64,000 bases of DNA, taken from assembly GCA_045837725.1 (NCBI GenBank), contig JBEWZL010000179.1, positions 248,001 through 312,000 of the forward strand, read 5' to 3'. Each line of letters begins with the position of its first letter. Within the stretch, counting starts at the first letter, position 1. This document shows positions 1 through 11,489 of the stretch, one piece after another. The position numbers and the translations under genes were made by a program. The DNA is from Vermamoeba vermiformis (Eukaryota). The notes under the pieces are model-generated. The model saw nothing but the letters and a program-made list of their open reading frames with translations. It had not been told where the DNA came from and did no database searches.

Positions 1-3000
1 CGTGCACGGAGAGATCTTAGAGCTCAAGAACACCATCAACACGATGGTCGACCAGTTGAGTACCTTCGCCCGAGAAGTCACTCGTGTCGCCTTGGAAGTA
101 GGAACAGAAGGCAAGCTCGGTGGTCAAGCCATTGTGAAAGGTGTTGGTGGAACCTGGAAGGATCTTACTGACAACGTCAACATTATGGCTGCCAACTTGA
201 CTTCTCAGGTCAGAGCTATTGCTGAAGTAGCCACTGCTGTCGCCAACGGAGACTTGTCCAAGAAGATTACTATTAATGTCCATGGCGAGATTTTAGAGCT
301 CAAGAACACCATCAACACGATGGTCGACCAGCTGAGTACCTTCGCCCGAGAAGTCACTCGTGTCGCTCTTGAAGTCGGAACAGAAGGCAAACTCGGCGGT
401 CAAGCCATTGTGAAAGGCGTCGGTGGAACCTGGAAAGATCTCACAGACAACGTAAATACGATGGCTGCCAACTTGACCTCTCAGGTCAGAGCTATTGCTG
501 AGGTAGCCACTGCTGTCGCCAATGGAGACTTGTCCAAGAAGATCACTATCGACGTACTCGGTGAGATTCTAGAACTTAAGAATACCATCAACACGATGGT
601 CGACCAACTGAGTACCTTCGCCCGAGAAGTCACTCGTGTCGCCTTGGAAGTCGGAACAGAAGGCAAGCTCGGCGGTCAAGCCATTGTGAAAGGAGTTGGT
701 GGAACCTGGAAAGATCTCACTGACAATGTGAATACGATGGCTGCCAACTTGACGGGACAGGTGCGTGCCATTGCCGAAGTGACAACCGCAGTAGCCAACG
801 GAGACTTGTCCAAGAAGATTACGGCTGATGTCCAAGGAGAGATCTTGGAGTTGAAGAACACAATCAACACCATGGTCGACCAACTTAACACCTTCGCCCG
901 AGAAGTCACTCGTGTCGCCTTGGAAGTCGGAACAGAAGGCAAACTCGGCGGTCAAGCCAACGTCAAGGGCGTCGGTGGAGTCTGGAAGGATCTCACTGAC
1001 AACGTCAACATTATGGCTGCCAACTTGACTTCTCAAGTACGTGCTATTGCTGAAGTCGCCACTGCAGTAGCCAACGGCGATCTTTCAAAGAAGATTACTA
1101 TCGACGTACTTGGTGAAATCTTGGAGTTGAAGAACACAATCAACACGATGGTCGACCAACTTAACACCTTTGCTCGAGAAGTCACTCGTGTCGCTTTAGA
1201 AGTCGGAACAGAAGGCAAACTTGGTGGCCAAGCCAACGTGAAAGGTGTTGGCGGAGTCTGGAAAGATCTAACCGACAATGTAAATATTATGGCTGCCAAC
1301 TTGACCTCTCAAGTCAGAACCATTGCCGAAGTGACAACCGCTGTTGCGAGGGGAGACTTGTCCAAGAAGATTACAGCTGACGTACGCGGTGAAATCTTGG
1401 AGTTGAAGAACACCATCAACACGATGGTCGATCAACTGAGTACCTTCGCCCGAGAAGTCACTCGTGTAGCCCGCGAAGTCGGCACAGAAGGCAAACTTGG
1501 TGGTCAAGCCAACGTCAAGGACGTGGCAGGCATTTGGAAGGGTCTTACCGACAATGTCAACACGATGGCTGCCAATCTAACGAACCAAGTACGTGCTATT
1601 GCTGAAGTAGCCACTGCTGTCGCCAACGGAGACTTGTCCAAGAAGATCACTATCGACGTACATGGAGAGATTCTAGAACTTAAGAACACCATCAACACCA
1701 TGGTCGATCAACTGAGTACCTTCGCTCGAGAAGTCACTCGTGTCGCTCTTGAAGTCGGAACAGAAGGCAAGCTCGGTGGCCAAGCCATTGTGAAAGGAGT
1801 TGGTGGAACCTGGAAAGATCTCACTGACAACGTCAACACGATGGCTGCAAACTTGACTTCTCAAGTACGCGCTATCGCTGAAGTCACCACTGCAGTAGCC
1901 AACGGCGATCTTTCAAAGAAGATTGCAGCTGATGTCCAAGGAGAGATCTTAGAGCTCAAGAACACCATCAACACGATGGTCGACCAGTTGAACTCTTTTG
2001 CTTCTGAAGTCACTCGTGTCGCTCTTGAAGTCGGAACAGAAGGCAAGCTTGGTGGCCAAGCCAACGTGAAAGGTGTCGGTGGTATTTGGAAAGATCTTAC
2101 TGACAACGTCAACATTATGGCTGCCAACTTGACCTCTCAAGTCAGAACCATTGCCGAAGTGACAACCGCTGTTGCGAGGGGAGACTTGTCCAAGAAGATT
2201 ACAGCCGACGTACGCGGTGAAATCTTGGAGTTGAAGAATACCATCAACATTATGGTTGATCAACTTAATACTTTCGCCCGAGAAGTCACTCGTGTCGCTC
2301 TTGAAGTCGGAACAGAAGGCAAACTTGGTGGTCAAGCCAACGTCAAAGGCGTCGGTGGCATTTGGAAGGATCTCACAGACAACGTAAATACGATGGCTGC
2401 AAACTTGACTTCTCAAGTCAGAACCATTGCTGAGGTGACCACTGCCGTCGCCAGGGGAGACTTGTCCAAGAAGATTACAGCTGACGTACGCGGTGAAATC
2501 TTGGAGTTGAAGAATACAATCAACACGATGGTCGACCAGTTGAACTCTTTTGCTGCCGAAGTCACTCGTGTGGCCCGCGAAGTCGGAACAGAAGGCAAGC
2601 TCGGCGGTCAAGCCAACGTCAAAGGTGTTGGTGGCATTTGGAAGGATCTCACTGACAATGTCAACACGATGGCTGCCAACTTGACCTCTCAAGTACGTGC
2701 CATTGCCGAGGTGACAACTGCAGTAGCCAATGGAGACTTGTCCAAGAAGATTACGGCTGATGTCCAAGGAGAGATCTTGGAGTTGAAGAACACAATCAAC
2801 ACCATGGTCGATCAGTTGAACTCTTTTGCTTCTGAAGTCACTCGTGTCGCTTTAGAAGTAGGAACAGAAGGCAAACTCGGCGGTCAAGCCAACGTCAAGG
2901 GCGTCGGTGGTATTTGGAAGGATCTTACTGACAACGTCAACATTATGGCTGCCAACTTGACCTCTCAAGTCAGAACCATTGCCGAGGTGACCACTGCCGT

Positions 3001-3600
3001 CGCACGAGGAGATCTTTCAAAGAAGATTACAGCTGACGTGCGCGGTGAAATCTTGGAGTTGAAGAACACCATCAACATTATGGTTGATCAACTTAACACC
3101 TTCGCCCGAGAAGTCACTCGTGTCGCTTTAGAAGTCGGAACAGAAGGCAAGCTCGGCGGTCAAGCCAACGTCAAGGGCGTCGGTGGCATTTGGGAAGATC
3201 TCACTGACAACGTAAATACGATGGCTGCCAACTTGACGAAACAAGTCAGAGCTATCGCTGAAGTCGCCACCGCCGTCGCGCTTGGTGACCTTTCAAAGAA
3301 AATTACTATCGACGTGCGCGGTGAAATCTTGGAGCTCAAGAACACCATCAACACGATGGTCGACCAGTTGAACTCTTTTGCTTCTGAAGTCACTCGTGTG
3401 GCCCGCGAAGTCGGAACAGACGGAAAACTCGGCGGTCAAGCCAACGTCAAAGGTGTCGGTGGCATTTGGAAAGATCTCACTGACAATGTGAATACAATGG
3501 CTGCTAACTTGACTACACAAGTGCGTGCCATTGCCGAAGTTGCTACCGCTGTAACAAAAGGAGACTTCACGCGAACGATTACAGTCCAAGCCTCAGGAGA
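1..3600 (+). repeat. Coding tandem repeat with a 276-bp unit (92-aa HAMP module), about 13 copies in the window
   Basis: [17 protein letters not shown] recurs every 276 nt (approx. 8, 284, 560 ... 3320); differences between units are mostly synonymous. Confidence 0.95.
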
Positions 3601-5374
3601 AGTCGACACCTTGAAGAGCATCATAAACGAGATGATTGCTAACTTGAAGGACACTACGCTGAAGAACAAGCTCGCCAAGGAAGCAGCCGAAGCAGCCAAC
3701 AGAGCCAAGACTGAGTTCATGGCAAACATGTCCCACGAGATTCGAACGCCGATGAATGGTATCATTGGCATGACAGAGCTTACTCTCGACACTCACTTGA
3801 CCACTGCTCAACGTGAATACTTGAACATGGTCCGCTCGTCTGCTAACAGCCTTCTCACTATCATCAATGACATTCTGGACTTCTCTAAGATCGAAGCAGG
3901 CAAACTAGACCTCGAAGCCATCGATTTCTCTCTCAGATCCACCCTCGGTGACACCGTTAAAGCCTTGGCTCTGCGCGCGCATCAGAAGGGCTTGGAATTA
4001 ATTTGCGACATTCACCCCGATTTGCCCGACAGACTTATTGGTGACCCGGGTCGTCTTCGTCAAGTAATCACCAACCTCATTGGTAATGCCATCAAGTTCA
4101 CTGAGCAAGGTCAAGTGGTACTGCTCGTTGAAGTATCAGAGGTGCCGCAACAAGACAAAGTAGTTCTTCACTTTGCCGTTAGCGACACTGGCATTGGCAT
4201 TCCTGAAGACAAACTCAAGGTCATCTTTGAAGCCTTTGCTCAAGCTGATGGCAGTATCACGCGCAAGTACGGTGGTACTGGTCTAGGTCTCGCCATCTCC
4301 ACTCGCTTGGTCGAGCTGATGAAGGGCAAGCTCTCTGCTGAAAGTGTCCCTGGTGAAGGCAGTACCTTCCACTTCACTGCGCGCTTTGGTCTCGGACGAC
4401 TGATGCCCTCAGTCTACCAGCCGCATCACGCTGTGCAGGGTGAGATTCTTATCGTCGATGACAATCCCGTCAGCCGTCGAGTGCTCGAACAGATGATGAA
4501 GAGCTTTGGCATCAAGTCTACCAGCTGCGACAACGGCAAGACTGCCTTGGAATTGATGCACAAAGCCATTGCCAGCAACAAGAGCTACGAGTTGGTGATT
4601 GTCGACGATCAGATGCCCATGTTGAGCGGTTGGGGCCTCGCTGCGACCATGAAGAATGACCCGCTGTTGAGCAGCACGAAGATCATCATGATGCTCACCG
4701 ATCCTACCAAGAGACCCGATTCGCTGCAGACGTCGCAATACAATATTGTTGCTTATCTGACCAAGCCCATCATCCAGTCTGAGTTGTTGAGTGCCATGTC
4801 CAATCGACACAGCAACGAACCCAACTCCACCTTGCCTGAGCCCACTCCCGCACCCAAAGAAGAGCCACCCACACCTCAAGCCCCTGCCCAGATCTTGTTG
4901 GCTGAAGATCACGTCGTCAATCAGAAACTGGCCCTCAAGCTGCTCGAGAAGATGGGCCACATCGTGACGCTGGTCGAGAACGGAGTGCAAGCCGTAGCAG
5001 CAGTGCAAAAGAAGAACTTTGATCTCATTCTCATGGATGTGCAAATGCCTGAAATGGGTGGATTTGAAGCCACCACCAAGATTCGAGAATTTGAACGCGA
5101 ACTTGGCCGTCACACTCCCATCATTGCGATGACAGCGCACGCCCTGCGAGGAGATCGCGAGAAGTGCATTGAAGCAGGCATGGACGACTACATCTCCAAG
5201 CCTATTCACGCCAACAGCTTCAAGTCTGTCATCGAGAAGTTCATCACACGCCGCGGACTGATCAGCGCGACACAGCCCAATCTGCCCACGCCTTCGCAGA
5301 TGGGTGTTGTGCTCAGCAATAACAACAACTACAATTATAATAATTATGGATTCAATTACGAGCATAATTATTAA
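2..5374 (+). CDS. Poly-HAMP hybrid histidine kinase (group III, Nik1/Os-1-like): HAMP array, HisKA, HATPase, two receiver domains; 5' end lies outside the window
   Basis: Single intronless ORF. 92-aa HAMP repeats; H-box [16 protein letters not shown]-box [11 protein letters not shown]1 DTGIGI; G2 GGTGLGL; receivers IVDDN..IVDDQMP and LAEDH..LMDVQMP..YISKP. Confidence 0.95.
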   Translation: MHGEILELKNTINTMVDQLSTFAREVTRVALEVGTEGKLGGQAIVKGVGGTWKDLTDNVNIMAANLTSQVRAIAEVATAVANGDLSKKITINVHGEILELKNTINTMVDQLSTFAREVTRVALEVGTEGKLGGQAIVKGVGGTWKDLTDNVNTMAANLTSQVRAIAEVATAVANGDLSKKITIDVLGEILELKNTINTMVDQLSTFAREVTRVALEVGTEGKLGGQAIVKGVGGTWKDLTDNVNTMAANLTGQVRAIAEVTTAVANGDLSKKITADVQGEILELKNTINTMVDQLNTFAREVTRVALEVGTEGKLGGQANVKGVGGVWKDLTDNVNIMAANLTSQVRAIAEVATAVANGDLSKKITIDVLGEILELKNTINTMVDQLNTFAREVTRVALEVGTEGKLGGQANVKGVGGVWKDLTDNVNIMAANLTSQVRTIAEVTTAVARGDLSKKITADVRGEILELKNTINTMVDQLSTFAREVTRVAREVGTEGKLGGQANVKDVAGIWKGLTDNVNTMAANLTNQVRAIAEVATAVANGDLSKKITIDVHGEILELKNTINTMVDQLSTFAREVTRVALEVGTEGKLGGQAIVKGVGGTWKDLTDNVNTMAANLTSQVRAIAEVTTAVANGDLSKKIAADVQGEILELKNTINTMVDQLNSFASEVTRVALEVGTEGKLGGQANVKGVGGIWKDLTDNVNIMAANLTSQVRTIAEVTTAVARGDLSKKITADVRGEILELKNTINIMVDQLNTFAREVTRVALEVGTEGKLGGQANVKGVGGIWKDLTDNVNTMAANLTSQVRTIAEVTTAVARGDLSKKITADVRGEILELKNTINTMVDQLNSFAAEVTRVAREVGTEGKLGGQANVKGVGGIWKDLTDNVNTMAANLTSQVRAIAEVTTAVANGDLSKKITADVQGEILELKNTINTMVDQLNSFASEVTRVALEVGTEGKLGGQANVKGVGGIWKDLTDNVNIMAANLTSQVRTIAEVTTAVARGDLSKKITADVRGEILELKNTINIMVDQLNTFAREVTRVALEVGTEGKLGGQANVKGVGGIWEDLTDNVNTMAANLTKQVRAIAEVATAVALGDLSKKITIDVRGEILELKNTINTMVDQLNSFASEVTRVAREVGTDGKLGGQANVKGVGGIWKDLTDNVNTMAANLTTQVRAIAEVATAVTKGDFTRTITVQASGEVDTLKSIINEMIANLKDTTLKNKLAKEAAEAANRAKTEFMANMSHEIRTPMNGIIGMTELTLDTHLTTAQREYLNMVRSSANSLLTIINDILDFSKIEAGKLDLEAIDFSLRSTLGDTVKALALRAHQKGLELICDIHPDLPDRLIGDPGRLRQVITNLIGNAIKFTEQGQVVLLVEVSEVPQQDKVVLHFAVSDTGIGIPEDKLKVIFEAFAQADGSITRKYGGTGLGLAISTRLVELMKGKLSAESVPGEGSTFHFTARFGLGRLMPSVYQPHHAVQGEILIVDDNPVSRRVLEQMMKSFGIKSTSCDNGKTALELMHKAIASNKSYELVIVDDQMPMLSGWGLAATMKNDPLLSSTKIIMMLTDPTKRPDSLQTSQYNIVAYLTKPIIQSELLSAMSNRHSNEPNSTLPEPTPAPKEEPPTPQAPAQILLAEDHVVNQKLALKLLEKMGHIVTLVENGVQAVAAVQKKNFDLILMDVQMPEMGGFEATTKIREFERELGRHTPIIAMTAHALRGDREKCIEAGMDDYISKPIHANSFKSVIEKFITRRGLISATQPNLPTPSQMGVVLSNNNNYNYNNYGFNYEHNY

Positions 5375-5528
5375 TACTGTACGTATGACTGTTGCGATAA
5401 TTTTTGTACAATAAAATGCCTTTTTTGTCATTTACAACGCGTGCTCTTCGTCTGTACAATCTGCCTCGAAGACCACGGCTTGGCTGGTGGCAGTAGTGGC
5501 TGGAATACTCGGGGGTATGCTGACAACA

Positions 5529-6461
5529 CTACGATTGCAGTTCTAAGCGCTTCTTCTCCTCCAACAGCTGCGTCACTCGTCGTGCATTAGCATTCTTGCG
5601 CTCTTGCAGCACCATCAACAGCGGTGAACAGCTGTACTCCAACAAGCGACACAGTGCGCGTTGATACACCGCGCTGCTGTGCACGATCACGAGGGGATGC
5701 AGACCCGTGCTGCTCGTCTCGCTCGGTGTCACGGATTGCAAGTAGCTGTCGCGCTCTTCTTGCCACAAGATCTTCTGCAGCTCCGTCATCATCTCCACGC
5801 CATTCATTGAGCTGCTGTAACGCGAGGCACGCATGCTCGGATCTACCTCAGCGAGCTCGTCGAGTCGAATGCGAATATTGGCCTCTGTGAACTCGTGCCC
5901 TGCATTCTTGTCGTCAGCTGCTTTGCTGTCGATTTTCATTGTTTGAAAGGCTAGCAATTCAATGCGACCTCGCTGTCAAACTTGATTAGCCACCGAATGT
6001 CGGGGGAAGAGAAACATCAAATCTACCTTAATATTATCAATGTTGAATGTAGACAATATGATGCCAAAGAAGTTCTTGTCCAAGTACTGCTGATATTGAT
6101 ACTGCGTGCGCAAATCAATGTGACTAGCGTGTGTGGTGATGTGCGGGTGGCTGTGGTACCAACCAATCACGCGTAGTTGCGCATTGATGTACCCTGCGTC
6201 TTGTTGCCATTTTTCCAAGTATTTAGTCGCACCTGCCACTTGTTCTGAATTTACTTCCACTCGATCTGGTCTTCTGTCTGCACGACGCAACACGTACAAT
6301 CCTGAGACTAGAGCACGAGTAATAGATGTACCTGTAGCGGATAGTGCGGGCACTATGCAGCCAAATAACAAGCCCACGCACTCTTCGCGTTCGGATGTGA
6401 ATGCGTGGGAGATAAGCGCCTCTACTACGTCAGGGGCAATTACAATCTCGTCTAATGACAT
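5529..6461 (-). CDS. BRCC3: BRCC36-like JAMM/MPN+ K63 deubiquitinase, 2 exons (intron 5973-6026)
   Basis: HAFTSEREECVGLL, RRPDRVEV, JAMM motif GWYHSHPHITTHASHID; the GT-AG intron joins NIK to RGRIELLAFQ; coiled-coil C-terminus. Confidence 0.85.
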
Positions 6462-6558
6462 CTGCACATATATCAATAATCTTATGCAACTATGTGCGCT
6501 GAGCTGGGCAGCTGTTGTGTTTGTGTTGTGAAAAATGTATTTAATTCTGATTGCCCAG

Positions 6559-7325
6559 CATGAGTGACACAGACCTCACCGCTGATGCCATGCAAATGGA
6601 GAATACGGACCAGAATGATAGCGTCCATATCAATGCACACACTGTCTCAGCATACAAACCACCAGTGCTCATTCCTATTCAGATTGACATCTCCTACAAC
6701 CACTTGCGCTTAAAAGATTCGTTCTTGTGGCACAAAGACGACACCAGTGTGACTATTGAAGAGTTCGCGCGTCGGTTGTGCGAGGACTTGGACTTTCCAC
6801 CGCACATATTCGTTGGTCCAGTGGTCAGATCAATGCGCGCTCAGATTGAATTTTATTCGTCTGCACCATCGAGCAAAAAAGAAAATAAGGATGAAGAGGA
6901 AAGCAATAACACCAATAAAGAAGAGCATATGGACAATGGTGAAAAGAGATATCTTCTCAAGGTAATTCAATTTATTTTAATTTTTTCATATTTGTTAATA
7001 TTGAAATGGCAAGGTGGATTTGATCGCAAATGGAACGCGATTGCAAGAAGTTATTGAATGGGATGTTAATCGTGAGGTCAATACGTCAGATCCAGAGTTG
7101 GTGGCTAGATCGGTAGTGGCAGATCTAGGTGCCTCGCGCGAAGTCGAAGTGACCCTCGCCCATCATTTGCGCGCTCAAAGCCTTCGCATTCAACGAGCTA
7201 CGCATGACTCGCACACTGAACCTTTACCTGCGGTGACGAGCGCAATTAGACAGAAACCAACGCAAGAGTCGCATCTAGATCACTTAGTGTGGCCTATGTG
7301 GAGCTGGCCTAAGAAGACCGTGTAG
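6559..7325 (+). CDS. SNF5/INI1/Sfh1-family chromatin remodelling subunit, 2 exons (intron 6962-7013); C-terminus atypical or truncated
   Basis: Repeat 1 LIPIQIDI..LKDSFLW..EEFARRLCEDL; repeat 2 LKVDL..LQEVIEWDV..PELVARSVVADLG. Confidence 0.8.
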
Positions 7326-7412
7326 CTGGCCGAGGAGTTGTAGGTGGAAACACAAACTTTTTATGGCTGCAGCGAATGGCATCCAGATAGTCTTACCGGC
7401 AAAAATCAATAA

Positions 7413-7485
7413 GCGCTCGTGGCTCAAGTGGTAGAGTGTCTGGCTACGAACCAGGAGGCTGCGGGTTCAAGTCCCGTCGGGCGCA
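7413..7485 (+). tRNA. tRNA-Arg(ACG)
   Basis: Full cloverleaf: acceptor GCGCTCG/CGGGCGC, D arm GCTC/GAGT, anticodon arm TCTGG-CTACGAA-CCAGG, T arm GCGGG-TTCAAGT-CCCGT, discriminator A; no encoded CCA. Confidence 0.85.
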
Positions 7486-7490
7486 ATTTC

Positions 7491-7497
7491 TTTTTTT
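7491..7497 (+). terminator. Pol III oligo-T terminator of the tRNA
   Basis: T7 run a few nt after the tRNA 3' end. Confidence 0.6.
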
Positions 7498-8123
7498 GTT
7501 GGCACCGAAATAATAAAATCGTGTCGGCTTTTATTTTAGTCAATGTGCCGCGCAAACGGTTTTGAGTGTTTCTTTGCGGTGTTGTCAGGACAAGCTGTCC
7601 TTGTCCTATCTTACATCACTGACTTTCAAGTGGAAAGGAAGTCCAAGGTTTGCTTGTTGACCTCATTCCATCTCATGCAAGTTCAACCATCCTGTCCGTC
7701 ATTTATGCTCATGTTGTCACAATTCTGTTAGGAAACAAGCATTGCAGTGTGTTAGAATGATTAATTTGCACAGATTTTTTGAGCAGTGTCAAGCATTTTG
7801 CAGACATTCCATGGCAGTACATCAGACCATAGGAATGCATTTTATGGGTCAGCTCATGTGGAAGTGATATCAGTGCTTCACTTGAGAATTAGAGTGGGAT
7901 CTCCTGTCTGACTAGTGATGGGGAAAACTGTGCACCCACTGACCATTGGAGGATGGCCAACCAAGGAGACATAGCCAGAGGGGAGATGCCAGCCCGGAGT
8001 TATCCAGCCCGGAAGTGCATGTCCCGGACAAGTAAAACTCGGATAATATATGGAGTAGTTTGTTGATCCTGTCACAAGTTTTTCCGACCAAGGAAAAAGA
8101 AAGATTCAATATGTGGAATTTAA

Positions 8124-8193
8124 CGCTACCCACGGGATTTGAACCCATGACCTCAGTGCAGTTGACAGTTTCAGTCCACCTTGAGCAGGTACC
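8124..8193 (-). pseudogene. Degenerate tRNA-like element (pseudo-tRNA or SINE head)
   Basis: Minus strand GGTACCTGCTCAAGGTGG...GAGGTCATGGGTTCAAATCCCGTGGGTAGCG: intact T arm/B-box, partial acceptor stem, broken D and anticodon arms. Confidence 0.55.
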
Positions 8194-8222
8194 AAGCCAT
8201 ACAAATAAATAAAAATCAGGTA

Positions 8223-8296
8223 TGCCGCTGGGATTTGAACCTGGGACATCTGCGTGGTTGCCAACCCAAGTTTCCACCACCTGCCTCCGGATAGCC
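8223..8296 (-). pseudogene. Second degenerate tRNA-like element
   Basis: Minus strand ...AGATGTCCCAGGTTCAAATCCCAGCGGCA with B-box GGTTCAAATCC, followed by a T run; stems are decayed. Confidence 0.45.
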
Positions 8297-9541
8297 AGAA
8301 CGTTCCGGATAGCCGAGCCGAGCCGGACTGGCCATCTTCCATTACTGTGCAGTGATCATGGTAGCATGGATGACATAGCCAGCCAGGGTGAGATGTCTGG
8401 CCCGGCTAAGTTATCCAGCCTGGACAAGTCTCATGTCCTGGACAAGTAAAAACTCTTCCAGATAAGTATATGGAGGGTGTGCAAAGAACTTCTTTTTGTG
8501 TTGGGTAACCATAATGCACTAAGTAACCATTGTTCCTTCAATTATGAACCTACTAGCTGAAAAAGCAACAAAGATAGTGTGGGAGTTGTCCTAGCAGGGC
8601 TTCCAATTTGGACAGGTGTCCACTGTCACGGTTCCATGGAATAAAAAGCTTTTGCACATTGGATGTCCAGTCTGGCAAAAATCAGCCATGGACTGCAGAA
8701 TTGTAATCACAACTGGAAGGTTGGATATTTTGGCTAATGGATGTAATTTCGCGTCTTTATCAAGAAAATAACGTATTTTTGCAACCAGGACATGTTTGGG
8801 GCACAAAGAACAGTTTAACATCCTAGGAGCCAAAAATTGTGTGCTATTTGAGCTATCATCCTTTCGATATGTGGTTCTGCATAGAACTGTGCCAGAAATG
8901 GATTGTTGTGAATGAGAAGTTTCTCATAACAAAGTGCAAATGTTGATTCTTTCTATTGAACTCTGACATGTCCACAATGTGCAAACGATTCCGTTCTATC
9001 TCCAGTGGCTGGAAGCCGATGTGGATGGAAAGTCCATACCTAGTAGTATCCTATATATGCTCTACCTACTGCAGCAAACAGAATTGAATTTCGTTGATTA
9101 CTAACTTCAGCAGACGCCCCATCCAGATCCGGACGCCATGTCCCTGGACGGACGTTCTGTCTAATTTGGGCAGGACGACCTCCCCAAGAGAATGCAAAAC
9201 TTGCACATTAGTTCTGCAAGAACCCAGTTTCCTTTAATAACAGATCATTCAGAGAGGCGCTCCATGCTGTTTCTCAAGCTAACAAGGCTATAACGGATGC
9301 AGACAAGCGGTTCACAATGTTTTCTGTCCTGACACCTGCAGGACATTTCTCAAAAATTATTGGGGCTTTAGTTTTTCAATGAGGAACAGTTTAAGCTCGT
9401 AGTCGCAAATTTTGATTTGATCAACCTTCAATTGCATTGCTAGAGTCACCAACCATAGAGGCTCAAAAACAATCGACCTTACTGCTTCAGGAATCGAGCC
9501 AAACGATATTTTTTATATCCCAAGGTTCACACAATACAACT

Positions 9542-11324
9542 TTACTGCTTCAAGGCGACGTACATGAGCGAGCCAACCAAGGTGAGAATCATCTTGTTCT
9601 TGACCTCGACGATGTCCTCAGGCAACAAGAAGATGGTTGCGCCGAGTTTTCTAGCAATGCTAATGGCGTACTTGGCGTTCTGCGTGCACTCCTGATCGGT
9701 GGTGCCAGGTGTCACAATGTTCCAGTCCACGCACTTGCGAATCGAGTCGAGCAGTTCCAAGAAGAAGACACTCGTCTTGAGACTCGGGTCCTTGAAGTTG
9801 TTCATGCGCGAGCTCTTGCCAGTCTTGGCGACCTCGCCATTGGCCCACTTGATCATGTCGTCTTCAGTCACTGCCTTGCCTCCGACCTGCAAGCTCTTCA
9901 AGATGGAGAGCACGTGATGGCGCATCATCTGCCACACTGCACTGCGAATGAGTATCGGCACACACACACACGACGCAGCAGCACGTACCTAGCGCGAGGG
10001 TGAGGGTCTGATTGCCGTCCACAATGTCCACGCCACCAATGCCCACCAGCGAGAACTTCAACTTCTTGCCCAGCTCCACCGCGTAGTTGCAGTTCTCCAC
10101 CATCTTGAAGCGGTTCAGCGGCAGGTTCTGATTCACTTTGTTCCACTCCACAATGCCGGGCTCAATCTTGTCCATCACGCGCAGCAGCACCAAGCCGTCG
10201 CGCAGATCTTGGAACAAGTTGTTCACGAAGGGATCGACACCGAGCGAGTTCATCCACAGCGCAAAGGCACGGGCCTCGCGTGTGCCCTCGCTGGCAAAGA
10301 GCCACTCTTCGAGCTGCGCCTTCTCTTCTTCGGTGAGGGGCTCGAGTCCGGGGTAGGTGTTGAACAGATTCGCAACAAATGCTGCTTGGTGTTAGTCCAG
10401 GGACACTAGCAGTGTATTCAATACGCACCGAGATTGAGCTTAGGATTGCCATTGACAATGTCGCGCGGCTTCAAGAACTTCTTGCAGTCGATCTTCTGGG
10501 CGTTGTTCAAGACGAGTTCAGCGCGCTTGTTGAGATCTGAGACATTCAAGGCCTCAGTGTCGCACTTGTCGGGCACCAGTCTGTTCATCACAATGGTGTA
10601 CACTACCGAGTCCTTAATGTCGCCTGAGAAGTTGTTCACGCGACGATCAGAGCCAGCGTTCTTCAAGTGGTAGTTGAGCCAGCGCAATAAGATCTGCTCG
10701 GGCGGCAATTTGAGCAAGTCGTTGATGTCCTCGCCTGGCTCGAGCAAGCGGAACAATTCGGGGTGATTGTTCAGCGTAATCTTGGACATGAGACCAATGC
10801 GCACTATTTGCCAGATGAGACCGAGGATCAAGTGCTCGCGTGCCTCCATAATGTCGCCAGAGCCGATATTGACGACAGAGCAGCCAATCGCCTTGGCTGA
10901 ATTGACGGCCAAGTTGTTGTTCTCTGTCATCTGAAATGCGTTCAATTTCGCTCCCCAGTTCACGACGCGCTCATCGATAGTGTCAGGCACGGCGTCGTTA
11001 ATAAGCTTGCTGTATATATACAGTTGTTAGCACTAGATACGCGAGTGATTCGGTCCTTAAAATATCTTTTTAAAATTCAAAAAAGAAAAATTAAAATATA
11101 TGACTTTTGAATAAACAGCGCACTGACCAAAGAATCTTGCCGTCCTTGCACTTCTCGAACAGAGAGTTGTCCTCAGAGTTGACGGGCAACAGAGCCGATA
11201 GCTCAGACTCTTTGCCCAAACTGTCGTTGATGTGGTCGCAAAACGCCTCTTTCTCTTCTTGCGAGAACGAGTGCACGCTAGCGCCACCAGTGGAGACTTG
11301 TTGCACCGAAGCTGTCTTCTTCAT
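9542..11324 (-). CDS. Fimbrin/plastin (four CH domains), 4 exons, no EF-hand headpiece
   Basis: [69 protein letters not shown]. Confidence 0.93.
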
Positions 11325-11489
11325 CTTCGTGGTTGAGTTTGAAAAGAGATTTGCCTTGGCTGAGAGACAGATTTTTTGTTTTGCTTTCTGTCAACACACA
11401 AATGTTTGCGCGTGACTGGTGTGCCGTGGATGAATAAAAAGGGCCATAATAGGGTTGTACAAATATGATTTATTTCGAATTGGTACATT

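Larger units (their letters stand above)
7968..8475. repeat. Imperfect ~90-100 bp direct repeats (7968-8055 and 8372-8475) flanking two tRNA-like relics
   Basis: Both copies read GACATAGCCAG..GAGATG..GCCCGG..AGTTATCCAGCC.GGA..CATGTCC.GGACAAGTAAAA..GATAA.TATATGGAG. Confidence 0.75.

Noticed and set aside
1-3600. Regular 276-bp repeats as a CRISPR or non-coding array
   Set aside because: There are no unique spacers; the repeats are in-frame HAMP modules.
5318-5371. N/Y-rich tail of the histidine kinase as a prion-like domain
   Set aside because: Only ~18 aa; most simply AT-rich low-complexity drift near the stop codon.
7543-9400. Short ORFs in the island as transposase or reverse transcriptase fragments
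   Set aside because: No DDE, RT, tyrosine recombinase or Rep/helicase motif recognised by eye; a TBLASTX search would be needed.
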